A program made the position numbers and the translations under genes. From Cenococcum geophilum (Eukaryota), in NCBI GenBank assembly GCA_050273025.1, contig CP158635.1, forward strand, positions 19,964,001-20,028,000: a stretch of DNA of 64,000 bases, read 5' to 3'. The notes beneath the pieces are model-generated. The model was not told where the DNA came from. It searched no databases and saw nothing but the letters and a program-made list of their open reading frames with translations. The stretch's first letter is position 1. Each line of letters begins with the position of its first letter. Positions 35,351-48,500 of this stretch are shown piece by piece.

Positions 35351-37403
35351 GGTGAGATTACTTTGAAAATATCGGTTTAGAGAAAGAGATTCCTTGAAAA
35401 CTTTTCGGATCGTGAGGCTTGTGCTGGTCAGTGAGTTGTTGGTAAACAAAGGCGCCTGGGCGGTGTTGCCGACAGATTTCGCTTATCGCCTACTGCAGGT
35501 GTCTCTCCTCGTCTGTTTCACGTGATTGCGAGTTATCGTCCATAATTGTGAAACGCTCTCCAAGCGGTTCGTGATACGAAGACTCTTGGTCGTTGTACTC
35601 CGCCGACTGCTCAAGGCTCCGGGTATGTCGCGGATAACATCACTCAGAAAGCCAGACTGTGTCTAATACTTTCCCAATAGACTGTACCAGGTTTGGGGGA
35701 TCCAAATGATCAGTCATCCTTGCTAGGAGGCTGAAGTAAGAGTTCGGCCAATGTTCGAGAGCGGACACCCTCCTGGAGGCCTCCAATGCATGAAAACTTC
35801 ACCGGAATGAATCGGCTGAGAGGCGGCGGGGAAGCTTCGAGTCGATTTGAAAGTTCTTTTTCCGTAGAGATATAAGGGCCTCGGAGCTGCTACTTGGAAT
35901 GGCTATGGTGATGTGCACTTTGAACAAATTTTGTGAAGCTTCTGTCATGTTGCACAATAATAATAAGAGGCTGAAGCTCTGCGTCAGACACGACAGATGT
36001 ACCGAAAATGAATGAATGCACTTATCCCGTCTGCTTGGAACCCAATATTGACATTTTCTGCTTTGAGATATCATGCTCCGGGAATCTTGATAGGCGTTCC
36101 CCTGTGCTTTGCGCGCCAGCTGGCATCGGCCTTTCTGCAGGTTTTCCTAACGGGGTATGCACACCTCGATACCTAGGTACTTGGATGGCTAGATAGCTCC
36201 CGTCTCTTATCCAAAGGTGACGCTCTCAAAGCTTTCCCCAGCTCGTGTTGCCGAATGCGTCGTGCTCTCATTGGGCCCCCAGCGAATTTCCCGTGCGCCA
36301 GGCTTGGCGGTTCACCGTTCCTTTTCTGCAGGACAGCGTGGCTGGTCCAATATTGCTCTTGCATATAGGACCCTCGAAAGGCCTCAGGCTCTGGCCGTCC
36401 GCAGACGCCTGGATTTGCATACAATAATTAGACCCTATGAGCTGTAAGAAGACAGCCGTTCTAGAGGACTAGGGTGAAATTGAGGGTTGAACGTGCCCTG
36501 TGGCCCTCTAAACCGTTCCATGTCCTTTGGCGTTTGATTGGCACAGGTATTATGAATACAGTTTGAGCCCAGCTAGCAAACAGTGCCTGGGGAGGCCGTG
36601 ATAGGAACAAGGATGAGATTTCCAGAAGACCACTCATCAGCCACAAAGGTATTAAGAGGCATGTCTTAACGACAGGCACTCGGTGTGGAGCGTTTGGACG
36701 ACTTTGCCACGCGATGGAAGTGGGAGCGATCGCTAGCCCCCGCGAAGGAGCCAAGATGAAGACGGTGGACGATGGAGGCGAGGTACGGCGCGTTAAACTT
36801 GGACCGGCACACGATCTGCCCTGCCCCGTCCAGATGACCGTCGACGTTATGGCGTCGGCCAGTTGTGACGAGTAGGGAAGGCTGCATGCCCGCTGATTTC
36901 TTCCCCGGCCCTGAAAAAGGCCCAAACCAGCGCGAAAAGCCTGAGCTTTTCGCACCATGCACGGTCTGCACATCTGCACACGTACCAACTAGTTTATTTC
37001 CCGAAGGCAAAAAGCAAAAATAACATCGGGATCGCTGCCGCTGGATAGGCGTATTTCGTCGGGGCGGAGACCAGCTGTTAACTGTCGCGAAGTCCCTCAC
37101 TGCTCCCATCCTTGCATAACCATTAACCAAGAGCGCACACTCCCGCCCCATCACTCTCCTTTTCATTCCTCTTCGTTAATCGCCATCACCATCAAAGCCT
37201 CACCGTCTCGGTGCTTGCATTTTTGATCCCGCCTAGTCGATCGCTTCCGCGCCGCCCACCCGCGCTATGATTCTCGCCACCTCTTTCGACGTCAGATAAC
37301 CTCTCACCACGATCGCTACGCGTCCTGCGCTGCATGGCCTTCCAGGCCGCAACACTTTCGCAGGACCAGCCGCCAACATCACTAACCCTTCGGCCTGCTT
37401 CCA

Positions 37404-40073
37404 ATGCCGATGTGGCCGTTTGGGCGGAAAGGCCGTCGCGCCACGAAATTAAGGGCCGAGGGTCCCACTGCCGTCGCTGAAGGGAAGAAGCCTGCCGCAG
37501 CTTATGCTAGCCAGCCTTCAGGCAACATGCCGGACACCACGCATGGGGTTGGAAGGAGTCTTAGCCGAAGACAGAGCCGGCGGAAAAGGAGGGCTCCTTC
37601 ACAATCTAGCACATCGCTGCAAGGCGGCGAGAAAATATCATTAGACCTCGAACCTATGCAAATCACGTCCGAAAAGCTGCATTCATTTCCCCAAGGCAGC
37701 GCCGAAGACATCACCGCTCTACCACTCACCAAGGAACTCGGCACCAGTCCGCATCTACGACCTGTCACACAGGACCACGAAATACCTTACAATTTTCAAC
37801 TACAATCACAGTCGCATACTAGCATACCATCGGCGAGGGACCGGGGCAGACTGCAGCGCCCACAGACCTTACGAATCAAACGCAGTGCCAACGACTCGGC
37901 ACTTCCTCGACGGAAATCCAGCAAAAAGAGGAAAAATGATCATGTGCGGGAAGAGGAGATAAGGGCTATGAGCATGCCACTACCGCAGAAGCGTCCCGCT
38001 GGAAATTTTGGAGGAATGTTACGACGAGACAGCAAAAAGATGCGCAGCGGGCTGAACCGAAATCTTGAACGGCCGACTTCCAACATATCTCTTCCGCTCG
38101 AAGAGTCGATACACTCGTCAATGTCTGGAAACTCCGAGACCCGCGCGTTCATAGTTAGCGCGCTGGACATTGTTTTCCCCCGGCCAAAGATTAGGTACTC
38201 AACAAGCCCGCAATATCCCCTTGCTGGCATAAACACGTCTTCACATAATCCCTCAAGAAGTGAGTCGAGGAGAGAGAAGGCACCAATGCTCAGCAAAGAC
38301 GATAAGGGGAGTAAAGAGAGGCTTAAAAAGAGTAGGACTATTGACGATCTTGCCGACACTCTGGACGCAGGCGCTTTAAGGGAAATCATGGAAAGAGATA
38401 AGAGGCGGAGAGAAAGGAAGAGGAAAGCCGAGGAGGAGCGCATGCGTCGTAGGTTAGAACGCAGGGCCGAAAAGCAGCGTGCGAAGGAACAACGAGACCA
38501 GCAGGGCACTCCCGCAGCCGTGCCGGATCAAGCCAAGGGAACTGTTGGGTTGGGAATTGAAAAGGACCCTTCATCCGCCCAGGAAGATGTCAATGCTCCA
38601 GCATCAATAGAACGACAGGAAAACACTATGACCTATCTCGAATATCCTCCTGAAGGGCCAATATCTCGTGATCCGTTTGCCGAAAAAGAAACGGAGACTA
38701 TCAGTCAACGAGCTGACCTGCCAACTCCAGCGGAAAGTCCTATAGAAGAACCAGTTATCGCCACTGCACAGGCCGTTCGCTATTCTCAAGCAAGTATGTC
38801 ACCGCCAACTCCATCTGTGGATCACTCTCGCGGCCCTTCGAACATCTCTCAGATGCCAAATCTTATCTCAGAGATCGCCGCTCAGCCGGTGGAATCAGTG
38901 AAGCCTGCAGAATCCGCAAAACCCGAAGAACTTACTGCCGCGATTCAACAACCACCAAGCGCAAGACGAAGTTCCGAAGCGAGCGGGAGACGAATGGGAG
39001 CATGGGCAACGATTTTTCGACGAGGTGGGAATTCGGGGAAGAGGGAGTCTATTGATCGAGGAAAGTCTACTCCATCTGAGGTGTCTTTTTCAAATACTTC
39101 ACGGGAATCAATGTCTCGACAGAAGCCGCCAGCCCACTTGGTAGCCCAACCACAGGTTCGGCGAACTTCTGGTACGCCGGCTCGTACTCTATCAAAATTC
39201 AGAGAGGATCTTCCTGAACTGCCGATATCTCCACCAGATTCTAGAATGCAATCCCCTGAAGCAACTGCCTCGTCGGCCAAGCCCATTGCGACTCGACGAG
39301 GTTATAGACAGCCATCTAACCTTCATGTTGATCCCAATGCTCCTGTCCCTAGCAGCTCCTATGAAGATCCTCTATCTCGACGTCGCACAGATTCACCAGT
39401 CAGTCCCGGCGCTCGAGCGTCAGGGTTGATGTCGCAGTCTCTTGCTTCTGTGGACTCCGAGGGTTCATGGCTCTCAGGCAAGCCCCTTAAAAGACCATCA
39501 AATCAAGCGCACGTACGGACCAGTGTTGGATCGGTCTCTGCGCCAAAACAGCACGAGGATTTCTCTGCTTCATACGAAGAACTAGATGATGAGCATTTCC
39601 GTCGGTTAACGCCACAGCCTGATGATTGCCGATCGGGGCAGTCCGGTGACGTATTTGCGCAGAAACCTAGCAGCACCGCAATAGCTGCAACAGCCGAATC
39701 CGACACGGAAGACGAGCTGCAAAGCAGTCCTGTCGAACCAACGTTTCGCGAAGAGGAAAATATCATCCATACAGGCGTCGGCCGTCAGCCAACGGTGGTG
39801 CATCGTCAACCTCGCGTCAAGTCTACAGAAGGATTACTCAGTTACTTCCAAGCAGATGAAAATTCGCCAGGAACCTCCCCATCAAATATCGACGAGACGC
39901 CGGAAAAGGGATCACCTACTGATGACACGGCTCTTGTGCAGCGTGCAAAAAGCGTCGACCTCGGCAAAGGCCACGCGCGCCATCTCAGTGCAGGATCTGC
40001 AAAGTTGTTGGACATCCCTGCAAAGAGGGCGTCCGTCGACCACAAAAGAGCGAGTTCAGCATCTCAACCGTGA
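37404..40073 (+). CDS. Hypothetical protein, 889 aa, intronless, Ser/Arg/Pro-rich with a central charged coiled coil
   Basis: 2.67 kb uninterrupted ORF; blocks EDITALP..SPHLRP, IDDLADTLDAGALREIMERD, SQSLASVDSEGSWLSG, GHARHLSAGSAKLLDI. Confidence 0.88.
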   Translation: MPMWPFGRKGRRATKLRAEGPTAVAEGKKPAAAYASQPSGNMPDTTHGVGRSLSRRQSRRKRRAPSQSSTSLQGGEKISLDLEPMQITSEKLHSFPQGSAEDITALPLTKELGTSPHLRPVTQDHEIPYNFQLQSQSHTSIPSARDRGRLQRPQTLRIKRSANDSALPRRKSSKKRKNDHVREEEIRAMSMPLPQKRPAGNFGGMLRRDSKKMRSGLNRNLERPTSNISLPLEESIHSSMSGNSETRAFIVSALDIVFPRPKIRYSTSPQYPLAGINTSSHNPSRSESRREKAPMLSKDDKGSKERLKKSRTIDDLADTLDAGALREIMERDKRRRERKRKAEEERMRRRLERRAEKQRAKEQRDQQGTPAAVPDQAKGTVGLGIEKDPSSAQEDVNAPASIERQENTMTYLEYPPEGPISRDPFAEKETETISQRADLPTPAESPIEEPVIATAQAVRYSQASMSPPTPSVDHSRGPSNISQMPNLISEIAAQPVESVKPAESAKPEELTAAIQQPPSARRSSEASGRRMGAWATIFRRGGNSGKRESIDRGKSTPSEVSFSNTSRESMSRQKPPAHLVAQPQVRRTSGTPARTLSKFREDLPELPISPPDSRMQSPEATASSAKPIATRRGYRQPSNLHVDPNAPVPSSSYEDPLSRRRTDSPVSPGARASGLMSQSLASVDSEGSWLSGKPLKRPSNQAHVRTSVGSVSAPKQHEDFSASYEELDDEHFRRLTPQPDDCRSGQSGDVFAQKPSSTAIAATAESDTEDELQSSPVEPTFREEENIIHTGVGRQPTVVHRQPRVKSTEGLLSYFQADENSPGTSPSNIDETPEKGSPTDDTALVQRAKSVDLGKGHARHLSAGSAKLLDIPAKRASVDHKRASSASQP

Positions 40074-41489
40074 TCTCCTCCAGAATGAGACATCTATTTT
40101 TGGTCGTGTGGAGTAGAGTTTAAGTACAAGCCTCGATTGCCAGCTGTACCGTTCTTTTAGCTTTCCTTTGTACCTTTCTGTCTCTCCCCATGCTTATCTC
40201 ACCCCAGTCAGTCTTTTTACATTTCCTTATCCGATCTGTTATCTTTGGATTGGCAATCCTGGCTGTACCTTGCCTTCTCATCCGTACCATGAAAGATTTT
40301 TCTCTTTTCGGTGTGGAGTTTGCGACTTGAATGCTGAAAGGTTAATGAACACATCTGGGAGTAATAAATCTAATGGAGTTGGGGTACTGGCGGGAAATGT
40401 ACTTTTCACATTTTGGTGTGTACATTAGGTGTCAAGAACAACCTATTTTAATTTGTTTCGTCGGATTTTTTGGGGGTCAAACGAATTGGTATAGACGGCA
40501 CGGGGCGACGTTTGGTCTCTGCTGACCTGGTTTTGGAATGTGTGGCTATCTTCTTCGTCGGACAGCGGGATCTGTGCTTTTACATTAACAACAACTGCAT
40601 TGGGAACCGTTACCGGCCATATACCTTTAGGCTGAAATTGTAGTTTCACCACAATGTATTGATGGTTTTTGACCTCATTCACTATGTCAGTGCCAAAAGT
40701 AATCCTTGAAGCATTTCAGCTCCTCTATTAATAGCTCAAAGGATGAAGTGCAAAAATACGCTGACCTATCCCTTAACCTGCTGAGGTGCAATGCCAAGCT
40801 GCACCGTGCACCAACACCGAGAACAAGATGGGGCTGTTCTGTGTGTAGGATTCCGTTCTGCACGACAGGGCCCTATTGGGAGGAACACCTGGCAAAGTTC
40901 AACTCTAAGGACCAGCCTACAAATATATATATACATAGAAATCACGGATTTGAATAACCCACGTCGCTGCAGTTCTTATCACAGTGGCCAAGAATCAGGT
41001 CAAACAAGAGCCTCTAATTGGCTAATCCTTATTAATAACTGAGAGAGCCAGATTCAGCTTGTCTCGTTCCCAGACCTTCTTGCCAAGGCTTACCTTGCCG
41101 AGCCGCTAACCGCTTTTGGCAAGACCTTCGTAAGAAGGTCTGGTACACGGTTCGGATTTTTGTTAGTCCCGCGCGGGGTATTTGGGCCTATATACACCTA
41201 CTTTAAGCCAAATTATCTCAACTTCCACAGCTCCCTAGGCTATTCCTGATGGCCAGAATTACCAAATCAAACCTGGCGAAGAAGACTACGTTGCCCGATT
41301 TGCCCGATTCCAATTCGTTGTCTCGTCGTCGCGCCCGACGCCCCCGAGTCGTAGCAGCCGCACCTCTCCCACGACCACCGCCGCCCTCTTCCTACCGTAG
41401 CCAGAGTACCCAAACCGACGAGCCAGCTTTAAATAATACTTAAGGACTACTAGTAGGTATATATTTGCCTTGCAGAAGGGGGTAAGCTT

Positions 41490-42100
41490 TACATAGAGCT
41501 TTGGTAGAGCCTCGTACGGAGCTTCGTGCAGAGCTTCGTGCAGAGCTTCGTATAGAGCTTCGTGCAGAGCTTTGTGCAGAGCTTCGTGCAGAGCTTCGTG
41601 CAGAGCTTCGTGCAGAGCTTCGTGCAGAGCTTCGTGCAGAGCTTCGTGCAGAGCTTCGTGCAGAGCTTCGTGCAGAGCTTCGTGCAGAGCTTCGTGCAGA
41701 GCTTCGTGCAGAGCTTCGTGCAGAGCTTCGTGCAGAGCTTCGAGCAGAGCTTCGAGCAGAGCTTCGAGCAGAGCTTCGAGCAGAGCTTCGAGCAGAGCTT
41801 CGAGCAGAGCTTCGAGCAGAGCTTCGAGCAGAGCTTCGAGCAGAGCTTCGAGCAGAGCTTCGAGCAGAGCTTCGAGCAGAGCTTCGAGCAGAGCTTCGAG
41901 TAGAGCTTCGAGCAGAGCTCTGAGCAGAGCTTCGAGCAGAGCTTCGAGCAGAGCTTCGAGCAGAGCCTCGAGCAGAGCTTCGTGCAGAGCCTCGAGCAGA
42001 GCTTTAAGCATAGCTTTAAGCAGAGCCTTAAGCAGAGCTTTAAGTAGAGCCTTATATAGAGCTTTGTGTAGAGCCTTATATAGAACTTTATATAGAGCTT
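41490..42100. repeat. 12-bp minisatellite GCTTCG(T/A)GCAGA, left array
   Basis: 13 perfect T-units (41581-41736), then 13 perfect A-units (41737-41892), with degenerate flanks. Confidence 0.97.
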
Positions 42101-42209
42101 TATATAAATATATAGGCGTATAAATATATATTTTTATACTAGTAATTAATTATAGAGTTTATAGAAATAATTATATAGGAAATTACATAGATATCTATTT
42201 ATTTATTTA

Positions 42210-45200
42210 TAGTAAGGCTAATAATACTATACGCTCTTAGATCTAGGGCCAAGGACTAAATAGTAAGGTATTAATAAAAAGCTCCCTAGCACTACTAGCT
42301 AAGCTATAAAACTAGTAGTAGTTCTATTACTAGACTTATATATTAATATAACTACTATATAGAGAATAGTTATAGTATAAAGCTATTTAGTAGGGAAAAA
42401 ATATACTAAATACTAAAACTTATATAAAGAACGAGATATATATAAGGAGCGAGGGCCCCTTAAAGGGGTAATATACCTGAGTATACTAGCTAGGAAGCCT
42501 CTACCTATAGGTAGTAGAGAGAAAAGAAAATATAAAAATTATTAGCTTACTAAATAAAGACCTAGCGCCGTATTAATAGAGTATTACTATAGTAATAGAG
42601 GATAAAAGGCTATTAGTATAGATAGAGATCTACTATACTTATTATAGGATAGGTAAACCTTAAATAAAAGCGATAATAGAAGGAGGTAGTAAAAATATAA
42701 AATATAGCTATATAGAATACCCTATAATTAATACTAATACTCTCTATATATAAGGGACTAATAAAGGTAGAATCTATAGCCGTCTTCCTACTTTAGATAA
42801 AGGTCTTAAGCCTAAATATATAGCTAGTAAGTATCTATATTCTAAATACTATACCTTAATATACTTATAGATAGCCTATTTAGTTAGTATACTATATACT
42901 ACTTTTCTATAGCTATCGCTTAGTAAGGGACTAGCTATTTACTAGTATAGATATAAATAATATTACCTATACTCTCTATAAGTAGGTATTATAGCATTAA
43001 CGTATAACTTGGATAGGGGGCTTAATTAGGGGTCGGCTAAAGGCTTAGCTCCCCTATATATATAGATATATCCTTTTTACTACCTTTTTTTACTCCTTAT
43101 TTTAATATCTAAGTCTATAAACTACTAATTATATAGGCTTACGCCGTTACTTTATGCTATACTAGTGCCTTAATTAACTAAGTTGCCGTAATAGTAAGGA
43201 CCTATAAGTAATAGTAAAATAGCTATAGATTAAGGAGTCCTCTAGTAGTTTTAAATATTATATAAGATCTAATAGGAGGACACTAAAGGATATACCCCCT
43301 TTTAGCCCCTTAGAGACTAAATACCCCCATCTAGCTATAAGTAGTACGTTAGTAAATTACTATTATTATTAATTCTATTTATCGCCCGATTCGGTCCCTT
43401 TTTAGGTCCATGCAGGCTTCTACCTTCTATATATAGGAAAAACCCCCCTAGGGGGGAAAACCTAGGTATATCCTTTCAGCTAGTCTTACGCGCTCCGCCT
43501 TCGCCTAGCCTGTGTACCTTTATATAATGTCTGCCTTACGTACCATGCTTCCAAGGTGTCTTGGAAGATCTAGGGGGGTAGTGGGAGGGTTTGGTGATTC
43601 GCCGGCGTGCCACCTTCGACTAGGTAGGGGGTGTCCAGTCTCTAAGGGACTGGAAGGGGGCGTATCCTTTAGTGTCCTCCTGCTGGATCTCATTTGCTGT
43701 CTGGAACTGCTGAAGGACTCCTTGGCTTATAAGCCATTGTGCTGCTTCGTGTAGACCCCTGCTTGTGGAGAGCATTCGGGTAATATCATTTGTGCCTGCT
43801 CTAGCGAACAACTGGTCTCTTGCAGTGCGTTGGTTGCAGAATAGTAGTACGTGGCGTACTGACTGTGTAGGCCATCCGCACGTACAGTGTGGCGTAACCA
43901 GAATACATATGCATTGTAAAACTACTATACACAGCAAGTTTGCCCGAACTACTTGCCCAGTTCCTTGCCACGGTTACGCAGGAGAGGTGGTCAAAGCCAG
44001 CTCCAGCTCCTGCACGTGTGCACCCTGATTTGCTCCATAAGCCTATCCTTACAGCCTGCCCCTGCCTAGATAGACCGACACGCGCGTCCGTCCTTTCGGG
44101 CTATACAGACAGTGTCGTCGACAAGGTATTAATCCTTCCTCCGAAACAGGTCCACCAGGAGTCAGAGCCCAGCAAAGGGGTGAGGTTCCTGGAGTCGTCC
44201 GTCGCTGCCATTGTATACCACGCCCCACAGCTGTTGCCAGCTGCTTCGCGTTACCTGTGACGCTCTTGCGACGACAGGCCGACCGTGTCTTGCAGGCGTG
44301 GGCCCATGATAACTCGGCGCCGCGCAGCTACCGTCCCTCAGCCGCCTACTAACCAAACTTGCTGTCCTCCCATCTTAACCAACACCTGCATCTAAGTCCG
44401 TTCCAACCTATCCCGCGGGTCCGTTCCAGGTCCGTTCCAGGTCCGTTCCTACCTAAACAGGTTCGTCCCAGCTCTTTTTAGTCCCCAGAGAGGGTTAACG
44501 CCGCTGCGTAAGAGGATTAACGTCGGAGGATTAACGTCGGAGGATTAACGTCGCCTCGTCGACAGGTGGATTAACGTCGCTAAATGTGGTTGACGGTGTT
44601 GAGATTCTTCCTGTGCCCTCGCTGCTGGTGCAGTCTCAGAGCGGAACAAGTACAGAGGTGCCCTGTCGTCCCCATAGATTCCAATCGCTTCCACCAGCAA
44701 ATGCAAGCGCTGGCTTATGGCCCTAGGTCGGTGCCTAGGTAAGGAGACGTCGGGTAGTTTTTAAGACCATTCCTCTGTTCTTAATAAATTGCCTTGTGTT
44801 GTTAACGAGTGCCAAGACCCGCGAAAACTCTGCTGTTCTGACGGCGTTGAGGACGACGCATTCGAAAGCGCCCTGTAGCCGCGACGTAACGCCGCTGCAT
44901 CAGTAACAGACGAGATCCTCACTCTCAGCTTGACCGTACGGACAAGATGAGACGGAAAAGAACCCCTATAGGACAGTATGGGTCGGATCTCGATTTTGGT
45001 GTTCTTTTCTTAGTAAATTACTAGATACCCCTATAACCCCCCCCGTTAAATCTTCTAATATATCTAAAAAGTATAGTATATAAGGTAGACCTAAAGATAT
45101 AAAGATATATTAGCTAGATAAAAGTAAAACGCGTAGTACTATCTAAAAGGAAATACTTAGGTTTTTCCCCTTAAAAGACCTTTTTTTATATAGAAAGGTA

Positions 45201-45260
45201 AAAGTCTATAAAGACCTAAATAGGGACTAAATTAGGCAATAAATAGAATTAATAGAATTA
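42210..45260 (+). mobile_element. RIP-degraded 3' part of a Tad1-like LINE (ORF2 C-terminus and 3' UTR), interrupted at 43363-45009
   Basis: TpA-saturated; homologous to the copies at 45565-46800 (inverted) and 52260-53040; ends ...ATAAATAGAATTAATAGAATT near 45260. Confidence 0.8.
43363..45009 (-). mobile_element. Young non-autonomous LINE derivative, 1647 bp, with 14-bp TSD
   Basis: TTAGTAAATTACTA at 43349-43362 and 45010-45023; its 3' ~570 bp encodes CTCGWPTQSVRHVLLFC (LINE ORF2 zinc knuckle) plus the 3' UTR ending ATAAATAGAATTAATAATAA; GC-rich with little RIP. Confidence 0.85.
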
Positions 45261-45564
45261 TTTATTTATATAAGTATTTATATAAATATAAGGAATATTT
45301 TATCCCTTACTTAAGTATAAGCTCCTTAGGCTTATAGCCCTCCTTACTCTCCTTATTGGTTTATCTCTTCCTTTAAGGCTATACCTATACTCTTTACTAT
45401 ATTATCCTCTTCTATTAACTCCCCGTAACCCTTACTTAGCTTACCTCTTCCCTACTATATACTCTAGGTAATATACCTTATAATAGATATATAAATATTT
45501 AAATATTTATAAAGAGCTTTAAAACTTTATATTAAGCTTTAAGCTTAAGTATATAATTATTATA

Positions 45565-48500
45565 TTATTTCTATTTATTGCCCAATTTAATCCCTTTTTA
45601 GGTCTATATACTTATACCTTTCTATATAGGAAAAGGCCCTATAAGAAAAAAAAACCTAAGTATTTCCTTTTAGCTAGTCCTATATGTTTTACCTTTACTA
45701 AACTAATATATCTTTATATCTTTAGGTCTACCTTATATACTATTTTATCTAAGTATATTAGAAGATCTAGAGGGGGTAATAGAAGTATTTAGTAATTCGC
45801 TAACGTACTACCTATAGCTAGATAGGGGTATTTAGTCTCTAAGGGCTAAAAGAGGGCGTATCCTTTAGTGTCCTTCTATTAGATCTTATATAACATTTAG
45901 AACTACTAAAGGACTCCTTAGCCTATAGCTATTTTACTACTACTTATAGGCCTCTACTTATAGAGAGTATTTAGGTAATATTATTTATATCTATATTAGT
46001 AAATAGCTAGTCCCTTACTAAGCGATAGCTATAGAAAAGTAGTATATAGTATACTAACTAAATAGGCTATCTATAAGTATATTAAGGTATAGTATTTAGA
46101 ATATAGATACCTACTAGCTATATATTTAGGCTTAAGACCTTTATCTAAAGTAGGAAGACGGCTATAAATTCTACCTTTATTAGTCCTTTATATAGAAGAA
46201 GTATTATTATTAACTATAAGGTATTTTATATAGCTATATATTGTATTTTTACCACCTCCTTCTATTATCGCTTTTATTTAAGGTCTACCTATCTTATAAT
46301 AAGTATAGTAGATCTCTATCTATACTAATGGCCTTTTATTCTCTATCGCTATAATAGCGCTCTACTAGTGCGGCGGTAGGTCTTTACCTAATAAGCTAGT
46401 AGTTTCTATATTTCCTTCTCTCTCTCTACCTATAGGTAGAGGGCTTCCTAGCTAGTATACTTAGGTATATCGCCTCTTTAAGAGGCCCTTACTTCTTATA
46501 TACATCTTATTCCTTATATATATTTTAGTATTTAGTATATATTTTCTTCTACTAGGTAGCCTTATACTCTAAATATTCTCTATATAGTAGTTATATTAAT
46601 ATATAAGTCTAGTAGTAAAACCGCTAATTCGCGTTCTAATATAGCGCGTAGTATTCTTCTATAAGTCCCTATAGTTCTATATAGGTACTAGTTTTATAGC
46701 CTAGCTAGTAGCGTTAGGGAGCTTTTTACTAATGCCTTATTATTTAGTCTTAGGCCTTAGATCTAGGAGCTATATAGTATTATTAGCCCTACTACTACCA
46801 TATATAGTAGATATATGCATCTAAAAGAGGGTCTCTATATTAATATAGTAATCTATAATACTGCCGAAAATGCTATTACTCCCCTATAGGTCGTCTATAT
46901 AATATATACATTTTAGTCTAGTAAAGACTTTACTAAAACCCCTAAGACCTTAAGGGTAGCTTCTAGTTTTACTTTATAGCCCTAAATATTTACTATTAAG
47001 GCTAGGTTACTACTTGTCTTCCTTTTCCTTATAAAGTAAATAAGATAGTGTTTATCTAGTGTAAATTTAATATAGTATTGTTTTACCTATATAATGTACT
47101 TATTATACGCCTATTCTAGCCTAGTATAGTTTTTTACTACTATATTTCCCTATATAATTAGGTTTATATTAGCCCTCTCTTTAATTACCTTAAGTATTTA
47201 AGTGGTATAGCCAGCTTACTTAAGATATACTATATTTATACTAAGCTTAGACCTAAGCGGAGCCTTTAATAATATATTATATAAGAGATTTTTATAGATC
47301 CTAAGAAATAAAGGCCTACTAAACTAGATAATTAAGTTTATCTATACCTTTCTAATAGGGCATATTATAAAAATTATAATCGAGAGCTATAAAAGTGAAT
47401 TAATACTAATACTTATAGGTATTCTTTAGAGATTACCTCTATTACTAATCCTATTCCCCTTCCTTTATATTTAAACTACTAGAGATATATAATAATAACT
47501 AAGATATAATAGCTCTAAGATTTATAAATAAGAGGGTTAATCGTTTCTTCTTACGCCTATTTATATCTATAGTAGTAGCTCCTATACCTTTACTTTTTCT
47601 TATATACGTTCTATAACTATCTTTTCTAAAAGCTTTCTTAGGGTATTTTCTAGGGTAATTAGTTAGTAGCTTCTTAAAAAGAAGTAGCCTTTTTTCTTTA
47701 CCTTTTATAAGACGACTATAGTTATTACTTTAAAGTATTTAGGTAGTTCGCCTCCCTAGAGGTAGGTAGTTATAGTATTAGTAAGTAGTATTACTACCGC
47801 TTTTACTATGGCTTTAAATTATTTTATATAGAATTTTGTTTAGCCCTAGCGCTTTACTAATAGGGAGCTTTTATATAGTATTTTTTTTATTTCTATACTA
47901 ATACTATATAGCTTATTTCTAGAGGTAAGGGGTAAGTTTAGCTACTAATATCTAGATCTACTTAGCCCGCGCCTAGGAAGAACCTCTCTTTTAATATATT
48001 TATTTTTTCCTTATTATTATTTATATACTAGTCCTATTCTATCCGGTAGAGTATAGGTAGGTAGAGATCCTCTAGTATCTTCTTAGCGGCTTACCTACTC
48101 TACTTTAATATACGCTAGAGTTCTTTATTATATAGTTTAATAGGGTTTAAGGTAATTTCTTTTAGGAATTAACGCTAGTTATTTTTACCCTCTTTCTATA
48201 TTATCTTCTTAAGCCTATATTTTAGGACTTTATAGCTCTATTAGTAGTAGGCTTCGCCTATTACACTATACTATCGCCTTACTTTTTTTAGCGCCCGTGA
48301 GTAGCTAGGCTGCCTTTAGCAACTACTTATAGTAAGCATATTTACTAGGCTAAGCCTTTAAGTAGTATTCTTCTAAGTAGTTACTTATAATCCTTTAAAT
48401 ATCCTCTAGTAATACCTGGTATAGCTGCTAGCCTATTAGTAACTTCCTAGGTATATCTTTCCTAGTTAAGTTTATTAGTAACGTATCTCTAGTAGGTTTA

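Noticed and set aside
40443..40682. 79-aa minus-strand ORF beside the transposon block
   Set aside because: No recognisable motif and it lies outside the TTAA-bounded element.
41286..42123. [16 protein letters not shown] and CRAS/SRAS repeat ORFs as real proteins
   Set aside because: The 12-bp unit is stop-free in all frames, so these ORFs arise automatically.
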